Source: Rhodothermales bacterium (GTDB lineage Bacteria > Bacteroidota > Rhodothermia > Rhodothermales > UBA10348). Taken from it: a stretch of 62,800 bases of DNA. Below, piece by piece: positions 9,045 through 19,631 of this stretch. The first letter of the stretch is position 1, and the number at the start of each line of letters is the position of its first letter. The position numbers were made by a program, and so were the translations under genes. Location: the NCBI GenBank assembly GCA_017859335.1, contig JAFMNH010000001.1, forward strand, positions 1 through 62,800. Direction: 5' to 3'. The notes under the pieces were generated by a model that saw nothing but the letters and a program-made list of their open reading frames with translations, made no database searches and was not told where the DNA came from.

Positions 9045-12005
9045 ATGAGAAAGACGATGAAAAGATGGCTATTCCTCACAGCACTGATGATGGTCGTGGG
9101 ATCCCTTTCCACGACGTCAGCTCAGCAGGCGCTGATATTCAATGAGATTCTTGCGGATCCGGCATCCGATACGCCCGGTGATTCAAACGGAGACGGTACG
9201 CGTAGTTCGTCTGAGGATGAGTTCGTGGAACTGGCAAACGTCAGCGCAGACACCCTCGACCTGACGGGATGGATGTTGGGAGACGATGAAGCCATCAACT
9301 TTACATTTCCCGAGGGATATAAACTTCCCCCAAGACACCTGATCGTTGTTTTTGGCGGCGGAAACGTAACAAATGTTGATGGTTACGATCCTGATCCTTT
9401 GGTAACCCGCGTGTTCAGTGCAGACAGTACCGTCGGAAACGGTTTGGCTAACGGTGGGGAATATGTGGTTCTGAAGTCACCGGATGGGTCGGCTGATGCA
9501 TACGCGGCCTATGGATCCAAAACAGGGGCGGGTGCTCCTGCAACGGCAGCAACCGATGGCATTACCTTTGAATTTGGAACGGATATTACGCCAGCAGCCA
9601 ATGCGGATGAGGCGGTAACCCGGTCTCCTGATGGTAACGTCACGGATGCGGAACCCTGGGTCTTACACTCCTCTGTAAGCTCGGCTTTGTTTTCTCCAGG
9701 CCAGACGGCCAATGGGCTCTCTGTGATTCCAAAGCCCCCACCAACGTTGACGGTAATCATCAACGAGGTGTTAGCAGATCCTGCATCTGGAGATGCTGGT
9801 GATGCCAATGGAGATGGAACACGAAGCTCGTCAGAAGACGAATTTGTGGAATTGGCGAACGTGTCATCCGATCCGGTTGACCTGTCGGGATGGATGCTGG
9901 GAGATGACGAGGCCGTCAACTTTACCTTCCCTGACGGCTACATCATGGCTCCAAGAAGTTTCCTTGTTGTGTTTGGCGGAGGAGATGTTTCAGGCGTTGA
10001 TGGATACAACGTGGACCCCCTTCTCACCCGCGTTTTCAGTGCGGATAGTACTGTTGGCAACGGTCTTGCAAATGGGGGAGAAATAATTCTACTTCATTCG
10101 CCAGATGGGTCCTACGATACATGGCTTGCCTATGGAAGCAAGTCTGGAACCGGTGGGCCACCAAATACGGATGATTACGAAGTTCAAATTGATGTTTCGG
10201 CGGCAGCTAATGCAGACAACAGCATTACGCGATATCCGGACGGTAATACGAATATCGTAGATCCTTTTGTTCAGCATTTGACGGTTGCCAATGCCGCATT
10301 CTCGCCCAACACCACCGTGGATGGTCGATCCACGGTACCGCCACCACAGCCACAGCTGACGGTGGTTATTAACGAAGTATTGGCTGATGCTACAGGGGCT
10401 GGAGACGCAAACGGTGATGGCGTCATCAGTGCCACGGAAGATCAGTTCATCGAGATTGTTAACACGAGTGAGGAAGATGCTGTTGACCTTGGGGGGTGGC
10501 ACGTTGGAGATGAAGGTGGACTCTCGTTTGCCTTCCCGTCGGGTTATTCCCTCGCTCCTCAGGCCATGGTGGTCGTTTTTGGAGGTGGAGATGTATCCAA
10601 TGTGCCCGGCTATGATGCGGACCCCATGCTCACGCGAGTTTTTGCTGCCACCGGTTCTATAGGTGACGGAATGGATGCATCTGGAGACTTCGCAGTCGTC
10701 CTCTCCAGCGATGGATCCTACGACTCATATGTTGCCTTTGGGTCAAAGGTTGGAACTGGAGATCCAATGGTTTCAGATGCTCCCGGCGAGGAATGGGAAT
10801 TCGCTATTGGTACGGCTTCCGCCGCCGATCAGCAGTCGTCGATCACACGGGATCCTGACGGTAACTTCTTGTCCCAGGATCCATTTGTGCTTCATTCGTC
10901 AGTCAGCGAAATGGCATATTCGCCTGCTCAGACGATAGACGCCCTTAACTCACTTGATGATTTTGTCGATGTACCCCACCCTTGGGGTAGCGGCCATGCA
11001 CTGCATTTCACGTGGTGGGAGCGGGATCGTGTCGAGATTCGGGACGCAGCGGCCCTCTTTCCACTGCAGATGGACCAAGGTACCATTGAGCTCTGGTTCC
11101 GGCCTGATTCTTTGCTGACGAACGATACGCACGACCCCGACTTTACCTACTTGTTCGGAAAGAATCTCGGGGGAAACAATCCGGGAGATCTGGGTCTGGG
11201 TTGGCGCCGAGGAGAGGGGCGTATGCTATTCTTCATGCAGGATGGCGTCAACACAACCAACCTGGAAAGCAGTGCCAAGGTGGATGAAGAGTACTATCCG
11301 CGTTGGTACCATGTAGCCGTCACATGGAATACTGCCGATTCGATGCGCATTTTCATCGATGGCGTTCATACTGCTGCCATACAGTCCGACATCTCCTTGC
11401 TTGGTGGAACCATGGCAATGGCTCTTGGCAATGGTGCTGAAGACCTCTGGAATGATCGTTACGAAGCATTTAGGGGAATGATCGACGAGGTCCGTGTATC
11501 TGTGGTTGAGCGGTATACGACGGATTTTGAGCTTCCCACAGAGCCCTATGTGTCGGATGCTCTCACGTTGGCCCTGTGGCACTTTGATGAGGGAAGCGGA
11601 GAAGTTGCGGCAGACGCCTCTGGTAATGGATTCACAGGATCTCTGGGAGGATTCGACTCGGAGGGTAATCCAGATCCAGCCTCAGCACCTTCCTGGGTGG
11701 ACGTTGCGACACTTGTTTCAACGGCTACGGAGGAGCTACCTCTCCAGTATGAGTTGCTCCAGAACTATCCGAATCCGTTCAATCCCACGACAGCCATCGA
11801 GTACATGGTGCCAGCAACGTCCAACGTTGAAATCCATGTATTCAATGTGTTGGGCCAGCGGGTGACAACATTGGTCTCAGGTGAGCACGCACCGGGCATG
11901 CATCGGGTAACATTTGATGCTTCTCGGTATGCTAGTGGAATGTACTTCTACACCCTTCGTGCGGGTACGACCTTCTTGACTCAGAAGATGATGCTGATCA
12001 AGTAG
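9045..12005 (+). CDS. Secreted protein with 3x lamin-tail domain (LTD), a LamG/concanavalin-like domain and a T9SS C-terminal sorting domain
   Basis: Three units of about 200 aa each start (I/V)(F/I)NE(I/V)LADP...GDxNGDG...EDEFVEL(A/V)N and contain L(T/S)GWMLGD...F.FP.GY...VVFGGG. A LamG-like region follows (IELWFRPDS...WYHVAVTWN...IFIDG...IDEVRVS). The C-terminus is QNYPNPFNPTTAIEY...GMYFYTLRAG...MMLIK. Confidence 0.9.
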   Translation: MRKTMKRWLFLTALMMVVGSLSTTSAQQALIFNEILADPASDTPGDSNGDGTRSSSEDEFVELANVSADTLDLTGWMLGDDEAINFTFPEGYKLPPRHLIVVFGGGNVTNVDGYDPDPLVTRVFSADSTVGNGLANGGEYVVLKSPDGSADAYAAYGSKTGAGAPATAATDGITFEFGTDITPAANADEAVTRSPDGNVTDAEPWVLHSSVSSALFSPGQTANGLSVIPKPPPTLTVIINEVLADPASGDAGDANGDGTRSSSEDEFVELANVSSDPVDLSGWMLGDDEAVNFTFPDGYIMAPRSFLVVFGGGDVSGVDGYNVDPLLTRVFSADSTVGNGLANGGEIILLHSPDGSYDTWLAYGSKSGTGGPPNTDDYEVQIDVSAAANADNSITRYPDGNTNIVDPFVQHLTVANAAFSPNTTVDGRSTVPPPQPQLTVVINEVLADATGAGDANGDGVISATEDQFIEIVNTSEEDAVDLGGWHVGDEGGLSFAFPSGYSLAPQAMVVVFGGGDVSNVPGYDADPMLTRVFAATGSIGDGMDASGDFAVVLSSDGSYDSYVAFGSKVGTGDPMVSDAPGEEWEFAIGTASAADQQSSITRDPDGNFLSQDPFVLHSSVSEMAYSPAQTIDALNSLDDFVDVPHPWGSGHALHFTWWERDRVEIRDAAALFPLQMDQGTIELWFRPDSLLTNDTHDPDFTYLFGKNLGGNNPGDLGLGWRRGEGRMLFFMQDGVNTTNLESSAKVDEEYYPRWYHVAVTWNTADSMRIFIDGVHTAAIQSDISLLGGTMAMALGNGAEDLWNDRYEAFRGMIDEVRVSVVERYTTDFELPTEPYVSDALTLALWHFDEGSGEVAADASGNGFTGSLGGFDSEGNPDPASAPSWVDVATLVSTATEELPLQYELLQNYPNPFNPTTAIEYMVPATSNVEIHVFNVLGQRVTTLVSGEHAPGMHRVTFDASRYASGMYFYTLRAGTTFLTQKMMLIK
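9129..10940 (+). repeat. Three tandem intragenic repeats of about 600 bp encoding the LTD units (about 9129-9719, 9747-10340, 10356-10940)
   Basis: Protein repeats 1 and 2 are near-identical over long stretches (GDGTRSSSEDEFVELANVS, LTRVFSADSTVGNGLANGGE). Their DNA differs at many third-codon positions. Repeat 3 is more diverged. Confidence 0.8.
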
Positions 12006-12008
12006 AAC

Positions 12009-14000
12009 ATGACCCGTGCTCGATTCCAGCTCATGTTTGTCACAGCTCTGTTCGTCCTGTCCGCTGGCCACGAGGCCAGCGGACAGGCAACAGCTGTTCT
12101 CTTCAGGTATCTGCCTGAGGGAGCCTCTCTTTCCTCATCCGTAATTACGAATAATGTAGAGGAGGGCCCTTTTCTGGACCCTGTCGAGTTCGCCGCACGG
12201 AATCCAGGAGGGTGGGGAATGACAGCGCCCAGCACGGCTGAGTTTGAATCTGATCAATCCACAATTCGAAGCCAAGAAACGGAATCATTTTCGCAACCAT
12301 TGGGACCACAGTTCTCGATGGAGATTTGGTTTCGAGGTCAAGAATCAGGGCAGACGTCTACGTTGTTTTCCAATCGGGTGGATTCCAGTGAAGGGTTCAC
12401 CGTCGGTCTAAGCGGTGATGTGCCCTACTTCGAATTCGCAATCCAGGGCGCGACGTATCGCCTGCTTGCAGATCAACCGGTGGCAACGGAAACCAATGTT
12501 TGGATTGCAGCAACGCTAAAGTATTGGCAAGGAACGCTCACGCTGCGGCTATTCGTGGATGGCGTTTCGCAGTCAGAGCAATCGGTTTCGGTCTCAATTC
12601 CAAGTCCGTACACCTTTGCCCATCCTGTCATGATCGGATCCACTGCCTCAGGGGATCCCGCTAATCCGTCACTGGCAGGCACCTTTACCGGTCACATCTT
12701 TGCGGCCAGTGTTAAAGCCTATGAGGTGCCGGAGGAATATGTGACCTCTGGAGTCCCTCATGATGGTGGCCCCTACTTCGGTCTTCCCTCCTACCATGAT
12801 TACGACCTTGATGACCAACGCCTTCCAGCTGATCTGAGAATTCAGTCGTCTCCCGTTGAAATCAAGAAGCGGTTCTTCCTGCCTTATGCCAATGACCTTT
12901 ACATTCCTCAAGGCACGGCTTCCCGGGTAGAAAGTACCGAGGATGGGAGCACACCCTTTGTGTACGTTTCGTATTACCATCGCACCCGACTCGGCACGAT
13001 AGGCTTACAACATTCCATTGTGGCGGAAATCAATGCCGAGACGGGTACCGTGCGCCGGGCCTTTCGGTTGATGGGTCAGCTGTCGCACTCTCATGTGGGT
13101 GGCGTAGCTTATTCACACGGAGCGCTGTATATCTCTTCAGAAAGTATCCTGGAGCGTTATCCGCTACCTGAGTGGGAACCCTCGAATCCGCAGAAATACC
13201 TCGATTTGGAAGCCGATCCCGACGGGACCATCCAGACCCCTTCAAAGGCTTCCTTCGTATCGGCCTTCCAGGATACGCTTTGGGTTGGGGACTATCGCAC
13301 GTCGTCCGATGTTGCTCCCTACCTGTTTGCACATGCTCTAGATGAGCAGGGACGCCCCAATCCAACCCCGTCGCATCGATTCCCTCTACCCAGACGAATT
13401 CAAGGTGTTGATTTGATCGACGGCCCGCGAGGCACGGTTGTGGTTCTCTCCAGAAACAGAACCTCAACCACGGCCGAGTTGCTGCGCTACCGACGCGAAG
13501 ATTTGTCGTCTTCCTTTCTGGTTAATCCAGACTCTGTCATCATCATGCCGCATGGAATCGAAGATCTTTCGTTCTTTCCTGACGGATCGCTTTGGACCAA
13601 TTCGGAATCCGGAACCGATTACTATCAGCGCAAATCGAGCGGCGCTTGGTCCAGCTTCTATCCGTTCGTCTACAGTATTCCTGCGTCATCTGTGCTGGGT
13701 TCTCCCATGCCTACCAGCAGTGAACACATTCCTGTAAAGGCGAATCTGGACGTGGACGTCTTTCCGAACCCATTCAATGACACTCTCAGCATCTTCTTGA
13801 AGAGCCAGCACACGGAAGCTGTATCGGTCTACATTTTCGATGTTCTAGGGCGACGCATCGCCACGTTAGCCGAGAATACCCTGTCGAGTAGGCCGTTGGA
13901 ATTTCAGTGGGATGCTACACGCGTTCCTGCCGGGGCATACTTCACCCTTATTCAAAGCGGGAAGAATAGGATCGTCACCCCGATCGTTCGGGCAGAATGA
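12009..14000 (+). CDS. Secreted protein with an N-terminal LamG-like domain, a central beta-propeller-like region and a T9SS C-terminal sorting domain
   Basis: Signal peptide MTRARFQLMFVTALFVLSAGHEASGQ. LamG-like motifs are present (MEIWFRGQESGQTSTLFSN...WIAATLKY...LFVDG). The central part has repeated blade-like motifs (HVGGVAYSHGALYISS, LWVGDY, IQGVDLIDG, HGIEDLSFFPDGSLWTNSE). The C-terminus is VFPNPFNDTLSIFL...VYIFDVLGRRIATL...GAYFTLIQSG. Confidence 0.85.
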   Translation: MTRARFQLMFVTALFVLSAGHEASGQATAVLFRYLPEGASLSSSVITNNVEEGPFLDPVEFAARNPGGWGMTAPSTAEFESDQSTIRSQETESFSQPLGPQFSMEIWFRGQESGQTSTLFSNRVDSSEGFTVGLSGDVPYFEFAIQGATYRLLADQPVATETNVWIAATLKYWQGTLTLRLFVDGVSQSEQSVSVSIPSPYTFAHPVMIGSTASGDPANPSLAGTFTGHIFAASVKAYEVPEEYVTSGVPHDGGPYFGLPSYHDYDLDDQRLPADLRIQSSPVEIKKRFFLPYANDLYIPQGTASRVESTEDGSTPFVYVSYYHRTRLGTIGLQHSIVAEINAETGTVRRAFRLMGQLSHSHVGGVAYSHGALYISSESILERYPLPEWEPSNPQKYLDLEADPDGTIQTPSKASFVSAFQDTLWVGDYRTSSDVAPYLFAHALDEQGRPNPTPSHRFPLPRRIQGVDLIDGPRGTVVVLSRNRTSTTAELLRYRREDLSSSFLVNPDSVIIMPHGIEDLSFFPDGSLWTNSESGTDYYQRKSSGAWSSFYPFVYSIPASSVLGSPMPTSSEHIPVKANLDVDVFPNPFNDTLSIFLKSQHTEAVSVYIFDVLGRRIATLAENTLSSRPLEFQWDATRVPAGAYFTLIQSGKNRIVTPIVRAE

Positions 14001-15517
14001 TGATCCGTTGCATGCCACATATGATGATGGCGCTTCTGTTCTTGGTGGCGTGCTCGGATACCCAACATAAATCAGGCGTCATAGCTCGGATTGGAGACAC
14101 CTCAATCACGGGATTGGAATTCCAACGAGACTTCGAGCAGGGATTTCCGGAGCTTAAACGAGGCGCAGATCCGAGAGCATCCTATCTGGAACACATGATT
14201 GACGAGCGCCTCCTGGCGATGGAGGGCTACAGAATCGGTATTGACTCATCCTCGTCGGTGCAGCGCCGAATCAAGAGCCTCACGAATGAGCTGCTCGTGG
14301 GCAAGATATTCGACGAGGACGCTGCTCGTTCGGTCCATGTAAAACCCTCTGACATTGATTCCCTGCGTAGGCTCGATGCCGTCCGATTTGCTCTTCGTTT
14401 CATCCCTGTCCCTGACCCTGAATTTGCAGATACCGTTCGAAAGAGATTTGTGGATGAGGGTTTTGATGCGGCACTTGCGATGATAGCGGCCGGGTCGGGC
14501 GATGGTTTGAGTCTTATGTCGGCCTCACTCGAAACAGGCCTGCTATCCGCAGCCGAGCTGGACCCTGCCGTATGGGAGGCCATTCGCAGCCTGCCTGTCG
14601 GCACTATTTCAGAGCCAATTGCCTATCGGAATTCGTTCCTGCTGGTTGAAGTGATCGATATTGTGCGGACACCGATAACAGCGGATCCGGGTCCCGAGGC
14701 GCTCGAACGATATCGCAAGATTGTCTACGCCGAGCAATCCCAACGAGCAGCTCGTTCCCTGATTCAAAGGACAGTCGCTGATAGCAACCTTCGATTGAAA
14801 GGCTCAGTCTATGGGCGCCTGGAGCAGGCATTGTGGCAGTGGTTAAACAATCGAGAAGTAGAGCCGAAGAATGATTACCTGACGCTTGGAGCGCAGTTGG
14901 CTACCGACATCTCTCCGTATGCGAAATCCCTGAGAGACCTTGGCCCAGATACGGTTATGGAGACAAGTCAGCGCTCATGGTCGGTTGCGGAATTCTTGGA
15001 GGAGTACCCCCATGATCGGTATCCGGTGTCCACGCGCTCTTTCGAGGAGTTTCGTTCGGATCTCTACGATGCGTTTGGACTGCTGGTCAGGGATCGCAGT
15101 TTCATTCGCTTGGCGATCGAGGAGGGATATGACAGTGATCCCTCACTGCAGACAGAAGTCAGACGCTGGTCCGACAAGTGGACCTATCAAGCGTATCGAA
15201 GCCTCATAGCCGATTCAGTGTCAGTAGATGAAGATGATATACTGGTGTATTTCGAGCGCTACCGTTCCAATTGGCCGGATGCCTCCTCTTTGAAAGAGGT
15301 ACGTCCAGAGGTAGAGCGCCAGGTCAGACATGCCAAGACGCGCGCTGTACTTGAAGACATCCTGGTAGAACTGCGGAGCACCACACGCATCGAGATTGAT
15401 CGAGATGCGCTTGAGCTGATTTCGATTCCATCCACTGAGGTTGCATCGGCACCCACCCAACTATTCAAGGCCAGCACAGGTCGACCTGCGTGGCCCGTCA
15501 CGGATTACGGCCTTTAG
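13997..15517 (+). CDS. SurA/parvulin-like peptidyl-prolyl isomerase lipoprotein (diverged)
   Basis: Lipobox LFLVAC. The N-terminal region is SurA-like ([19 protein letters not shown]). A parvulin-like core is present ([24 protein letters not shown]). The start overlaps the upstream stop by 4 nt. The domain call is by eye only. Confidence 0.7.
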   Translation: MMIRCMPHMMMALLFLVACSDTQHKSGVIARIGDTSITGLEFQRDFEQGFPELKRGADPRASYLEHMIDERLLAMEGYRIGIDSSSSVQRRIKSLTNELLVGKIFDEDAARSVHVKPSDIDSLRRLDAVRFALRFIPVPDPEFADTVRKRFVDEGFDAALAMIAAGSGDGLSLMSASLETGLLSAAELDPAVWEAIRSLPVGTISEPIAYRNSFLLVEVIDIVRTPITADPGPEALERYRKIVYAEQSQRAARSLIQRTVADSNLRLKGSVYGRLEQALWQWLNNREVEPKNDYLTLGAQLATDISPYAKSLRDLGPDTVMETSQRSWSVAEFLEEYPHDRYPVSTRSFEEFRSDLYDAFGLLVRDRSFIRLAIEEGYDSDPSLQTEVRRWSDKWTYQAYRSLIADSVSVDEDDILVYFERYRSNWPDASSLKEVRPEVERQVRHAKTRAVLEDILVELRSTTRIEIDRDALELISIPSTEVASAPTQLFKASTGRPAWPVTDYGL

Positions 15518-15524
15518 AAGTCAC

Positions 15525-17036
15525 ATGCCCAACATGAATTACGTTTTATCCCTCGACCAAGGCACGACAAGTTCACGTGCCATCCTCTTCGATCGAAACG
15601 GAAAGGTAGTGGACGTAGCGCAGAGGGAGTTTACCCAGCACTATCCACAACCAGGCTGGGTAGAGCATGACGCAGAGGAAATCTGGGCCTCTCAGCTGGA
15701 GGTGACCAAAGAGGTTCTTGCTCGGGTTGGATCAGATGGCTCGGATGTGGCAGCCATTGGAATAACCAATCAGCGGGAAACAACAGTAGTGTGGGACCGC
15801 CGATCTGGTAAACCCATCTCTCACGCCATTGTGTGGCAGGACCGACGCACCGCAGCCTTCTGCGATCAGCTCAAAGACCAGGGACACGAAGATGAGATCC
15901 GGGCCCGGACGGGCCTGGTTGTGGACGCCTACTTCTCAGGCACGAAGGTGCGCTGGATCCTGGACAACGTAGACGGAGCCCGGGAGGCGGCAGATGCGGG
16001 TCATCTTGCCTTCGGGACAGTGGATAGCTGGCTTATGTGGAATCTGACGGGGGGTGAAGTACACGCGACGGATCCATCCAATGCCTCCCGAACAATGCTC
16101 TTCAACATCCATGATCTTGCATGGGATGATTCCCTCCTGGAAATCATGGGGATCCCCCGCTCCATGCTACCGGATGTAGTGCCGTCCAGTGGCCTTATTG
16201 GAACATCTCAGGCCTCTCTTCTCGGACAGGAAATCCCCATTTCAGGGGTGGCGGGTGACCAGCAGGCAGCCCTTTTTGGGCAAGTATGCGTGGATCCAGG
16301 CATGGTCAAAAACACGTATGGTACGGGTTGCTTCATGCTCATGAACACCGGCTCTCGTGCGGTAGCCTCCCAGAACAATCTGCTCACAACTGTGGCGTGG
16401 CAGATTGGAGATGAAACGTCCTACGCTTTGGAGGGAAGTGTCTTCATTGGGGGTGCCGTCGTTCAGTGGCTACGAGATGGTCTGGGAATAATCCAGACGT
16501 CATCCGAGGTGGAAGATCTGGCAGGAACCGTTGAGTCAAGCGACGGCGTATTCCTGGTACCGGCATTTGCAGGCCTCGGAGCACCTCATTGGGATCCGTA
16601 TGCGCGTGGCACGCTGATTGGATTGACACGTGGCTCAACAGCCGGGCACATCGCACGAGCAGCACTGGAGAGCATTGCCTTCCAGAGCGCCGATCTGGTT
16701 GATGCCATGGAGGCAGACTCCCGGATCGAACTTGCCAGCATGCGCGTCGATGGCGGCGCGGCCGCGAACAACATTCTAATGCAGTTCCAGGCAGACCTTC
16801 TGGAAGTGCCCGTTGTGCGGCCTAAGATTCTTGAGACCACTGCGTTGGGAGCCGCCTATCTGGCTGGGCTGGCCGTCGGCTTCTGGAGTGATATTGAAAC
16901 CCTGAAAGCACTGTGGGCAGAGGACCGAACGTTTACTTCGCAGATGTCCGAGACCCATCGTGGGGAGCTGACCACATCCTGGGCGCGGGCAGTGAAGCGG
17001 TCCCAAAATTGGATAGAAGCCGACTCGAATGCCTGA
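15525..17036 (+). CDS. glpK: Glycerol kinase
   Basis: [46 protein letters not shown] and [10 protein letters not shown] are canonical FGGY/GlpK motifs. The ATG at 15525 (alternative 15534) is chosen over the upstream in-frame extension, which overlaps the preceding gene. Confidence 0.95.
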   Translation: MPNMNYVLSLDQGTTSSRAILFDRNGKVVDVAQREFTQHYPQPGWVEHDAEEIWASQLEVTKEVLARVGSDGSDVAAIGITNQRETTVVWDRRSGKPISHAIVWQDRRTAAFCDQLKDQGHEDEIRARTGLVVDAYFSGTKVRWILDNVDGAREAADAGHLAFGTVDSWLMWNLTGGEVHATDPSNASRTMLFNIHDLAWDDSLLEIMGIPRSMLPDVVPSSGLIGTSQASLLGQEIPISGVAGDQQAALFGQVCVDPGMVKNTYGTGCFMLMNTGSRAVASQNNLLTTVAWQIGDETSYALEGSVFIGGAVVQWLRDGLGIIQTSSEVEDLAGTVESSDGVFLVPAFAGLGAPHWDPYARGTLIGLTRGSTAGHIARAALESIAFQSADLVDAMEADSRIELASMRVDGGAAANNILMQFQADLLEVPVVRPKILETTALGAAYLAGLAVGFWSDIETLKALWAEDRTFTSQMSETHRGELTTSWARAVKRSQNWIEADSNA

Positions 17037-18642
17037 ACCCGACCAACGATATCCATCGGACGGAACCCTTGCTTCGCCTCTGGGCCATCTGAATCGAACG
17101 CGTTCGCTTGCAGAAATGCGAGATGGTGGTGTGTGGGACGTCATGATTATCGGAGGAGGAGCCACGGGGCTGGGAGCGGCCGTTGATGCCGCCTCAAGGG
17201 GGTTGCGCACACTGCTGCTTGAGCGGGACGACTTTGCAAAAGGAACGTCCAGCCGAAGCACGAAACTCGTACATGGAGGCATTCGATATCTGAAGCAGGG
17301 ACGCGTGAAAATGGTGATGAAGGCCCTTGAAGAACGGGACCTGCTCCGCATGAATGCCCCACACCTGGTAGCATTGCGAGAATTTATCGTTCCGTGTCGG
17401 AATATGGCTGAAATGGCGTTCTACGGCAGCGGATTGAAAGTGTATAACATCTTGGCCTCCGGCCGTGGCATACCCCCATCGCGGATATTGCGTAGAAACG
17501 ACGTTATCAGCGCGCAAGAAGGCATCAATGATGCGTCCATGATGGGCGGCGTATCCTATGTGGACGGTCAATTCGACGATGCCCGGTTGGCCCTCGTTTT
17601 AGCCCAGACCTGCGTCCGCGAAGGGGGTACCGTGGTCAATCATTGCGGTGTGACGCACCTATCGGCGACTTCTCCGTCCGGCATGAATGTCCGGGCGAGA
17701 GATACGGAGTCAGGCGAGGAATTCAGTATCAACGCCCGCTGCGTGGTCAATGCGACCGGCGTATTTGCCGATGCTGTGCGCACGATGGATGGTTCGAACA
17801 ACAAGAGTCTGATACGGGCCAGTCAGGGAATTCATCTGGTATTGCCTTCAGCATTCCTGCCCGGAGATGCTGCCATCATGGTGCCGCGCACGGATGACGG
17901 CAGAGTGCTCTTCTGCATCCCATGGAAGGGACATGTCTTGCTCGGGACGACCGATACCCCGGTCGAGCGCATTGAATCTGAACCAAAAGCACTGGAAGAC
18001 GAGATTTCTTTCTTGATAGGCCATGCGGGCAGATACCTGCGTCGGGCGCCGACCCGTGCGGACGTGTTGAGTGTCTTCGTCGGACTCCGTCCGCTCATTG
18101 GATCTTCCGATGGCCCCACAAAATCGCTCTCAAGGGAGCATGTGATTCACGAATCAGCCTCCGGCTTGATAACCATCGCAGGTGGTAAGTGGACAACCTA
18201 CCGACACATGGCCGAAAAAGTCGTGGATCGCGTGTGCAAACGTCTTGGTGCTTCCGACAAAAAGTGCGTGACCAGAAATCTGCCTCTTTATGGCCACATG
18301 ACCGATCAAGGGACGTTACGTTTTGGTGAGTATGGCACAGACCATCACGCCATCGTGAATACCATTGACGATGAACCGAATGGGAGCGATCGTTTGCACC
18401 CTGATCTGCCCTATGTGGCAGGACAGGTTACCTGGGCTGTAGAGAACGAAATGGCTCGGACCGTGGAAGATGTATTGGCCCGTCGCACACGTGCCCTTTT
18501 CTTCAATGCACAGGCCAGCAAGGACATGGCTCCGCGAGTAGCTCAGCTGATGGCCGATCATCTGAACCAGACTGCCGACTGGATAGACCGGGAGGTTGCC
18601 TCTTTCAACACGCTGGCGTCTCAGTATCAGTTGCATGCGTAA
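17029..18642 (+). CDS. glpD: FAD-dependent glycerol-3-phosphate dehydrogenase
   Basis: Dinucleotide fold [53 protein letters not shown], with the GlpD C-terminal helical domain. There is an 8-nt overlap with glpK. Confidence 0.95.
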   Translation: MPEPDQRYPSDGTLASPLGHLNRTRSLAEMRDGGVWDVMIIGGGATGLGAAVDAASRGLRTLLLERDDFAKGTSSRSTKLVHGGIRYLKQGRVKMVMKALEERDLLRMNAPHLVALREFIVPCRNMAEMAFYGSGLKVYNILASGRGIPPSRILRRNDVISAQEGINDASMMGGVSYVDGQFDDARLALVLAQTCVREGGTVVNHCGVTHLSATSPSGMNVRARDTESGEEFSINARCVVNATGVFADAVRTMDGSNNKSLIRASQGIHLVLPSAFLPGDAAIMVPRTDDGRVLFCIPWKGHVLLGTTDTPVERIESEPKALEDEISFLIGHAGRYLRRAPTRADVLSVFVGLRPLIGSSDGPTKSLSREHVIHESASGLITIAGGKWTTYRHMAEKVVDRVCKRLGASDKKCVTRNLPLYGHMTDQGTLRFGEYGTDHHAIVNTIDDEPNGSDRLHPDLPYVAGQVTWAVENEMARTVEDVLARRTRALFFNAQASKDMAPRVAQLMADHLNQTADWIDREVASFNTLASQYQLHA

Positions 18643-18687
18643 GGCAGCGATTGGAATCCGACCAGAAAGAATCAAACTTCGAAAGAC

Positions 18688-19563
18688 ATGCAAAAGCGTT
18701 TCCGCATCTTTTCCTACCTCTTCATGGCGTGCCTGATCGGCTGTTCGTCTGTTACTGAATATGATCTTCAGGGACATCGCGGTGCCAGGGGCCTGCTTCC
18801 AGAAAATTCAGTCCCAGGATTTTTGCTGGCTCTTGAGTACGGGGTGGACACCATTGAGATGGACGTGGTCGTGTCGGCTGATTCGCATGTCGTCGTATCC
18901 CATGAACCCTGGATGTCACCGGAAATATGCTCTCATCCGGATGGCACGGTCGTCGGTGAGGAAGAGGCCATGTCGCTCAATCTATTTACGATGCCCTATG
19001 AGCGCATTGCCCTCTTTGACTGCGGATCAAGGGGTAACGAACGCTTTCCAGAGCAGGAACCGCTGTCCGTAGTGAAGCCCCTTCTGGCGGATGCCCTCAG
19101 AGCTGTCGAATCGGCAGCAGAGACACCCGTTCGGTACAACATCGAAATCAAGTCCAGGAAAGAAGGCGATGGCGTGTTCCATCCGGATGTAGACACCTTT
19201 GCCAGCTTGGTCCACCAGGTTATCGACGAATACGAGCTAATGGATCGCACGACGATCCAGTCATTTGATCCACGTTCGCTCGAGTCCTATCACCGCATCG
19301 CACCGCAGGCAACGCTTGCTTTGCTGGTCAGCAATGAATGGGGGTTTCAAGCCAATATGGACCGACTCAGCTTTCTTCCCCAGATTTACAGTCCGAATCA
19401 TCGCCTTGTCGATCGTGCGCTCGTGGATTCTGTACATTCAGCGGGGTTGACGATCGTACCCTGGACCATAAACGAGACGGCGCGAATGCGTGAGCTTCTC
19501 GATCTTGGTGTAGATGGACTGATTACTGACTATCCTGATCGAGCGAAAGCCATGGCCAACTGA
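18688..19563 (+). CDS. glpQ: Glycerophosphodiester phosphodiesterase, lipoprotein
   Basis: Lipobox CLIGCSS. GDPD motifs HRGARGLLPENSVPGF...GVDTIEMDVVVSAD..VVSHEP, and a C-terminal VDGLITDYPD. Confidence 0.9.
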   Translation: MQKRFRIFSYLFMACLIGCSSVTEYDLQGHRGARGLLPENSVPGFLLALEYGVDTIEMDVVVSADSHVVVSHEPWMSPEICSHPDGTVVGEEEAMSLNLFTMPYERIALFDCGSRGNERFPEQEPLSVVKPLLADALRAVESAAETPVRYNIEIKSRKEGDGVFHPDVDTFASLVHQVIDEYELMDRTTIQSFDPRSLESYHRIAPQATLALLVSNEWGFQANMDRLSFLPQIYSPNHRLVDRALVDSVHSAGLTIVPWTINETARMRELLDLGVDGLITDYPDRAKAMAN

Positions 19564-19631
19564 GGCCTGTACGAAAGGCGGCTTTGATTCCGGAAGCTGC
19601 ACCCACAATCAACTTATCATCTCGTACCGAA

